Shown piece after piece: positions 19,984 to 25,039 of a stretch of DNA of 25,039 nt (its first letter is position 1; the number at the start of each line of letters is the position of its first letter). This DNA comes from Euglena gracilis (lineage: Eukaryota). The position numbers and the translations under genes were made by a program. The DNA is taken from assembly GCA_039621445.1 (NCBI GenBank), contig CP154954.1, positions 21,252,642-21,277,680 on the forward strand, read 5' to 3'. Under the pieces are notes generated by a model, which was not told the origin of the DNA, did not search any database, and saw only the letters and a program-made list of their open reading frames with translations.

Positions 19984-20987
19984 GTGGGTAGTGGTATGGA
20001 CTGCATTCAAATACTGCCAATTCAATGAGGAGCAATTTGAGTTTGCTGCCTGAAATCTGCCTGGAATGAGTCCCGCACTCCACAAGTAAGTGATGACAAG
20101 ATTCCATCTCATGGGTCAACCACCTTGTGTTTAACACACATCATTTGCCTCGGATCAACCTTTTCCAAAATCATGTTGCTGGGACCCCACCTCCAGTGTT
20201 CAAACCCCGACAAGTCCTGACAAATCTTGACAATTTCAACAAAATGCCAAGCTTTTGGAGGTGCTTGCCTGAGACCAATCCTTTTTGTCATTTTTGAATC
20301 TTTGGCCAATAATTTGCATATTTGCAAATAGAATCAGATTGGTATCAAATAGTAAAAATCATGTGATTTTGATGTTTTTTTTGTAAAAAATCCATAAAAC
20401 TGTGATTGCATTTCTTTTTCTTTTTTTGCATATTTGCAGGCTTTTTGCTTTTTTTCTCCGCTCTCTGCATCTTCTTTGAGGGTCCATGTTTTGCCCCCCC
20501 CCGACAGTCACATGGGTTTGGGTGAGGCACGACAGCCCCTTTGAGGGGGTTCGAAGCGGGTCCTTTGCCGGGGCCGCTGTAACATCTCGAATTCACCCAA
20601 TCAATGCATTCCAAGCTGCCCTCCGACCCCACCCCCTTCCTCCCCATCTGTCAAATCACGAGTGGGAATAGAATTTCCCAGGGCAGAATATGGCATCTTG
20701 GGTCGGGGGGGGGGGAGGGGGCTTGGCTGGAAGCACGAGGTGTGCACACCCATCGATGGCCCATCGGGGACCTTGTTTTTCACGGGTTTAGAGTGGGAAA
20801 ATATTTTCTTGGGGGAGGTTAGGTTGGGGGTTCCCCGGTTCGTGTCACGCCTGTACCACACCCAAACTCACTAAGGATTTTGGCAGTGGCAGCAGCATGG
20901 TCGGAGGCTCTCAGTTTGTGACAAAATTGATGTGCTGGGCTGGTTCTGTAGAGATGGTCTGGTGGTGCCATTCTGGCCATCTAAGAA

Positions 20988-21014
20988 CAACCGGTCCCTC
21001 TCCATCTGCGTCAC
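20988..21014 (+). CDS. Gene 2 micro-exon (~27 nt): NRSLSICV(T)
   Basis: Found through pairing of CAGGTGGCCGAAATGGCAC (15674-15692) with GTGCCATTCTGGCCATCTA (20965-20983). All codons end in G/C. Restores the frame to 22714. Confidence 0.7.
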
Positions 21015-21924
21015 GAGCGGCGAGGTGTGGCACCATAGCTTCGTTTTTCACGAGATTGCTGAACGCGAGGCAACCCTACCCCCCCCCCTTCAGGCCCCCC
21101 CGTACAGCGAATTCCCATTTCCCTGCCCAATCCAGTGCTTTCCCATAGAAGCTGTGTTGTTCTTTCCAAGCTGCTGCTGATGATGCATTCCTTTCTGAAG
21201 TGGCCAAACTGCATCAAAGTTGGTGGATGAAGGGTCTAAAATTGTGATGGGATCTGCACCTCCACACCTCCACAAAGTAGTTTGGGAGGGGGGATGTAGG
21301 GGGTGCATATTTTTTGTACGTTTAGCACCTTCTCCATCAGAATTTTCCTGCTGCATATTTGCTCGTTCTGTTTTTGACCACGCATTTTTGGGGTATTGTT
21401 TTGGAAAATTATTTAGGCCATTTTCTGTCACCAGACGTGGCATCTGCACATGGCAGGGAAAACAGAAATTCTTGGGAGGCAAAAGGTGAAGGTGAACGAA
21501 ATAGTTCAAACACATATTTCTGAAAATGTATTGTTTAATGGTTCCCAAGATGTGTTGTACTGAAATGAAATATGATGCTTCACATGCAGATGCTTCATTT
21601 GTTTCAGACATGTGTGTTTGATTAATATACAGGTGTTTGTTTTTTTTCCATTCTCTGTTTACACAACCATGAATTAGGCACCATGAAGATAGCATTAAGC
21701 AATTTCAGGGTCCTCAGTTTGGAACGGGGGGGGTGCATATAATTGGCTCTGAAACATATGTGGAAAGCATGTGGTGGTTTTGGTACAGGGCCCTTTGGTG
21801 TTTTTTTCAGAGCTCCCATTGGGTCAGTCATTTCAGGTTACAATTGAGGTTGGGACTGTTACTACCAAGCATTCCGATGATTCCGGGTGATGCAGGGCGA
21901 TGCAGGGAGATGCCATGCAATTTT

Positions 21925-22460
21925 GTGGCCATTGTTGAAAATTGCAGCCATTGGCCACTTCTGCCATTTCCCCCCCACTTTTTCCATGTTTGAGCACTTC
22001 TAGCCGCTTTTGGAGCTTTTTTTTTTGGCCGCTTTTGGTACTTTTCGGCCACTTTTGGCCAGCTTTAGGCCAGTATTGTCCATAATTGACCGTTTCTTGC
22101 TGCTTTTGGCTGCCTATGGCTGTTTTTTGACTGCTTCTGACTACCCTTGGCCACCTTTCGTCATTTAGCCGTAATTTTTGGCCATTCTTTTGACCATGTT
22201 GGCCATCTTTGGTTGCTTCCGAAGAAACAGAAAGGGAAGGCCAAAATTGTCCAAAATTGGCCAAAAGCAGAAAAAAGGGGCAAAAATGGCCAATGGTGGC
22301 CAAAAGGGCAAAATAGGCAACCAAAAATTGTCAAACGTGGCAAGGAGCAACCCGAACCAGCCAAAAGTGGCACACGTGATCAAAAGGGCTTGGTTCCTCT
22401 TGGCTGCTTTTGGCTTGGCCAAAATCGAAATGACCAAAGTGGACAATAGGCTGGCCAAAA
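21925..22460. repeat. Fold-back array of TTTTGGCC followed by GGCCAAAA units
   Basis: T-rich TGGCC units up to ~22230, switching to the A-rich complement thereafter. Confidence 0.65.
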
Positions 22461-22517
22461 GTGTCCAAGCCAAGAAGCAGCAAGCACCTTCGCGGACCGC
22501 AAAAACGGCGCATGGCG

Positions 22518-22559
22518 ATGCGGGCCCCAAACGGGATGCGGGCCCCAAACGGGATGCGG
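22518..22559. repeat. 18-bp tandem duplication GATGCGGGCCCCAAACGG x2.3
   Basis: Direct reading. Confidence 0.9.
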
Positions 22560-22713
22560 CACGCCAGGCAGGCGCTTCCCACCACTGTGCGCCCCTTTCA
22601 TCCATGCGTTCAGCCGCTCTTGACCATTCCAACCATTTCGGGGTCACTGTGGGGTGTGTTCCGCATGGTCCGCCCGGAACCCTCCTTGGCTGCCTCCCCA
22701 CCTCCCCGGTGCT

Positions 22714-22750
22714 GCGGGACCTCTTCCCCTCGTGGCTCATCCGCAAGCCT
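22714..22750 (+). CDS. Gene 2 exon: RDLFPSWLIRKP (continuation and stop uncertain)
   Basis: C-terminal 'PSWxxRK' strand. Intron 21015-22713 pairs at +4/-6 with Y|R junctions. Unspliced, the frame runs on to a stop at 22957. Confidence 0.75.
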
Positions 22751-23612
22751 GGCCCTGGGGTGGCGGGGGAGGCGGGCTGCATGAGCCCCAGCCGGCCGAC
22801 TGCCGGGGCCGGAGCGGGATTATCAAAGCCCCACAGATCACAGGTCTCCTGGCAACCTTTGAGATGCATTTTCACCAAAAAATTTTCTGCATTTTTAAAC
22901 CCTGTTTTGGAGTTTTACCTTCTGCAATTCTGCATTCTGGACGCTGTTGTCTTCTGAGACCAATTTTTGTGATTTTTCTTCGGCTAATTATCACATATTT
23001 TCAGAATCAGCAAGCTCCTACATTTTTTTAAAAAAAGCCACGGGGGTTTTTGATTTTTTCCTTACATCCACACCTCCAAAAAAAATTTGGATTTCGCGTT
23101 TTTTCCTTGTGTGCTTTGTTTTTTGTTAGTGTTTTTCTGCGTGGCATTTTTCGAGGGTCCATGTTGCGTCCTCCACCCCTGGTGCTTGAGGTGCCCCAGC
23201 GATGGACAGCCAAAGGACAGAAGTCTTCCAGTGCTACCTCTGAGGCAGAAGTATCTGTTTTGAGAGCGATGGGGTGCTTGACGAGCGGCCGAAGGGGACG
23301 AGGCGGCCACAAGCGAGGTGTACACCCCACACCATCAGCGCCTCCTGCAGCGCATGAGGAAGGCAGAGCGTCTCTTCCTCCTGATGGACAGGAGAATGGC
23401 GTCCCACCACCAAGGTGCAAGGAATCCCCATTCAAAAGCTGGCCGGAAACTACCTCACAAAAAACGAGGCACAGCATCACTACTATTGACAGTGGCCCTC
23501 ATTTTTTGCAAGTGACGGCATATTTGTCTGCGGCGGGTGCACCCCCCCCCCGAGATCACAGGTTGGGGTGGCGGGGTTGGATGGTTCGGTGGGGAGGGTA
23601 TCCCTCCGCCTA

Positions 23613-23722
23613 TTAAACCCCCCTCCCAAATAACACCCCCCCCAAACAACACCCCCCCTGGGGCCCCAGCTCGGGTGCCCAAATAACACACCGGGGGGGG
23701 GAGTGTTATTTGGGGGGGGTTA
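23613..23722. repeat. Inverted repeat CCCAAATAACACCCCC / GGGGAGTGTTATTTGGG with internal direct copies
   Basis: Direct reading; small MITE-like hairpin. Confidence 0.6.
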
Positions 23723-24157
23723 CTTGGCACGAAGCGACATAAATACTTGATATGATCTCTAGAGCAGTGGGTCGTCTCATGTCCACCCTCCCACCCTCCC
23801 ACCGTGATCCAAAAGGACAAACTCTTGGACAGCAGGCGGGACGGTACCCCCCCCCCCCGTTAATGCATCCGTCTCACACCCGCAAGCCAGTGCACACTTC
23901 CAGCGGCGGCCCTGCGGGGGATACCGGGCCAACCGCCCCGCTGCCGCCAACCGGTCTGTGCCTGTGCCGTCTGCCACTCCCGCCCAGGGTTGTATGGGAA
24001 GCTCCGTAGGGGGTGGGGGGTCACCCCCCCCAGGGGGTAAGGTGGTAGGGGGGGGTCCCCCCTCCTAGTTTCGGAAGGGGGGTCCCCCCACCCCCCTTCT
24101 CCGAGATTCCCATCCAAGCCTGCTCCTGCCGCTGCTGGCTGACCCTCTCCGGAGCCG

Positions 24158-24409
24158 GACGTCCGGAGGCTTCTGGTGGTGCCCCCCACCTCGTGGACTG
24201 CGGGGGTTGCGCCGATCCACTGCCAGGTCCGCTGGATTCAGGCCTTTGCCGGTGTATCCCAGGGGAAACGTTCCAAGTGGCGGCACTGGAAGTTCGGATT
24301 TATGAGCTCACAGATGAAGCTTCTGGAAGCATCATTAACCACCAAAGATACCTCGGTCAGCCGGGCAAACTACGGCTTGCTGTCGTCCAGCCCCCTTCTG
24401 GGGCACTGA
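24158..24409 (+). CDS. Possible further exon (DVRRLLVVPPTSWTAG...), unknown product
   Basis: Open, moderately codon-biased frame preceded by pairing ends (GCTCCG at 24001 with CGGAGC at 24150-24155). No recognisable domain. Confidence 0.25.
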   Translation, partial: DVRRLLVVPPTSWTAGVAPIHCQVRWIQAFAGVSQGKRSKWRHWKFGFMSSQMKLLEASLTTKDTSVSRANYGLLSSSPLLGH

Positions 24410-25039
24410 ATTACCCACCCCCTTTTCTGGGGGGGACAAGAAAACAAAAAACCATTGGTTAATGATAACCTGATTGGTTAATGATAAGTAACCTGGACCC
24501 CCTTTTTTGCTCAATGGCGCTGGATTTTATGCCTAAATAACCTTGGTGCTATTTTTTTTTACCACACCTCCCCAAGCCAGAAACTGGCACGTCGCCGGGC
24601 TATTTGGGGAAGGGGATGGCATTTTTAGAGGCCACTCAGTTAAACTGGGGAAAATTTGGAATCCCTGGCTTTTGGTTCCCTGAGTCTCTGCGGAGCCTCT
24701 CTTGCCGAGCCTCTGCGGAGTCTGGTTACCTGGGTGCTTCCCCACGGAGCCTCCCCAGCTCATGGAATTCGTGTTCAGGTCACCACAAACCCCGTCTTCA
24801 GGCCACCTCCAAGACTGCACCACATCTCATGCCCCCCCTCCCTGGCACAACGCATCCCCAATTCAGTGAGCGTTGTTTGAATGTTGTTTTTTGCAAGGGG
24901 GGGTCAGACCTCTCCCCCGGTGTGCTCAGACCCCACCTCCTTCCTTTCAGACCCGAGGGGTCCAGGACCGTCCCAAACCAAAAATAGTGCCCCCCCCCAG
25001 TCCGGAGTGCCCCCCCCCCTCCTGCCAGGGGGTCTGCAC

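Larger units (their letters stand above)
15672..20987 (+). other. ~5.3-kb nonconventional intron with nested elements
   Basis: About 19-nt terminal pairing; in-frame join FAR-D-NRS. Confidence 0.7.

Overview
Eukaryotic, intron-dense genomic DNA, very probably from a euglenid (species not determinable from sequence). The ORF track is almost entirely spurious; the real coding sequence lies in short GC3-rich exons on the + strand. I reconstruct two genes by hand. Gene 1 is the 3' part of a DUF4397 (AlgF-like) repeat protein with a Cys-rich tail (11 exons, 1-6832, one apparent 1-nt frameshift in a G run). Gene 2 is a signal-peptide-bearing class I SAM methyltransferase of Methyltransf_24 type (at least 11 exons, 9045 to ~22750, 229 aa reconstructed, 3' end uncertain). 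Only 3 of about 20 introns are GT-AG. The rest are euglenid-type nonconventional introns whose ends base-pair, mostly in the +4/-6 register (often CAG...CTG). Main observation: the best-preserved of these introns look like non-autonomous hAT-like TIR elements (CAG...CTG termini) flanked by 8-bp target-site duplications. The inferred splice sites fall 3 nt outside the left TIR and 5 nt outside the right TIR, so exactly one 8-bp TSD-equivalent is removed and the reading frame is restored. Related elements with 8-bp TSDs are also nested inside other introns. Other content: a TA-microsatellite-associated MITE family with palindromic ends and telomere-like repeats, a multiply nested 5.3-kb intron, a tRNA-Val-derived remnant and several microsatellites. 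All exon boundaries are inferred without transcript data and may slide by a few nt.
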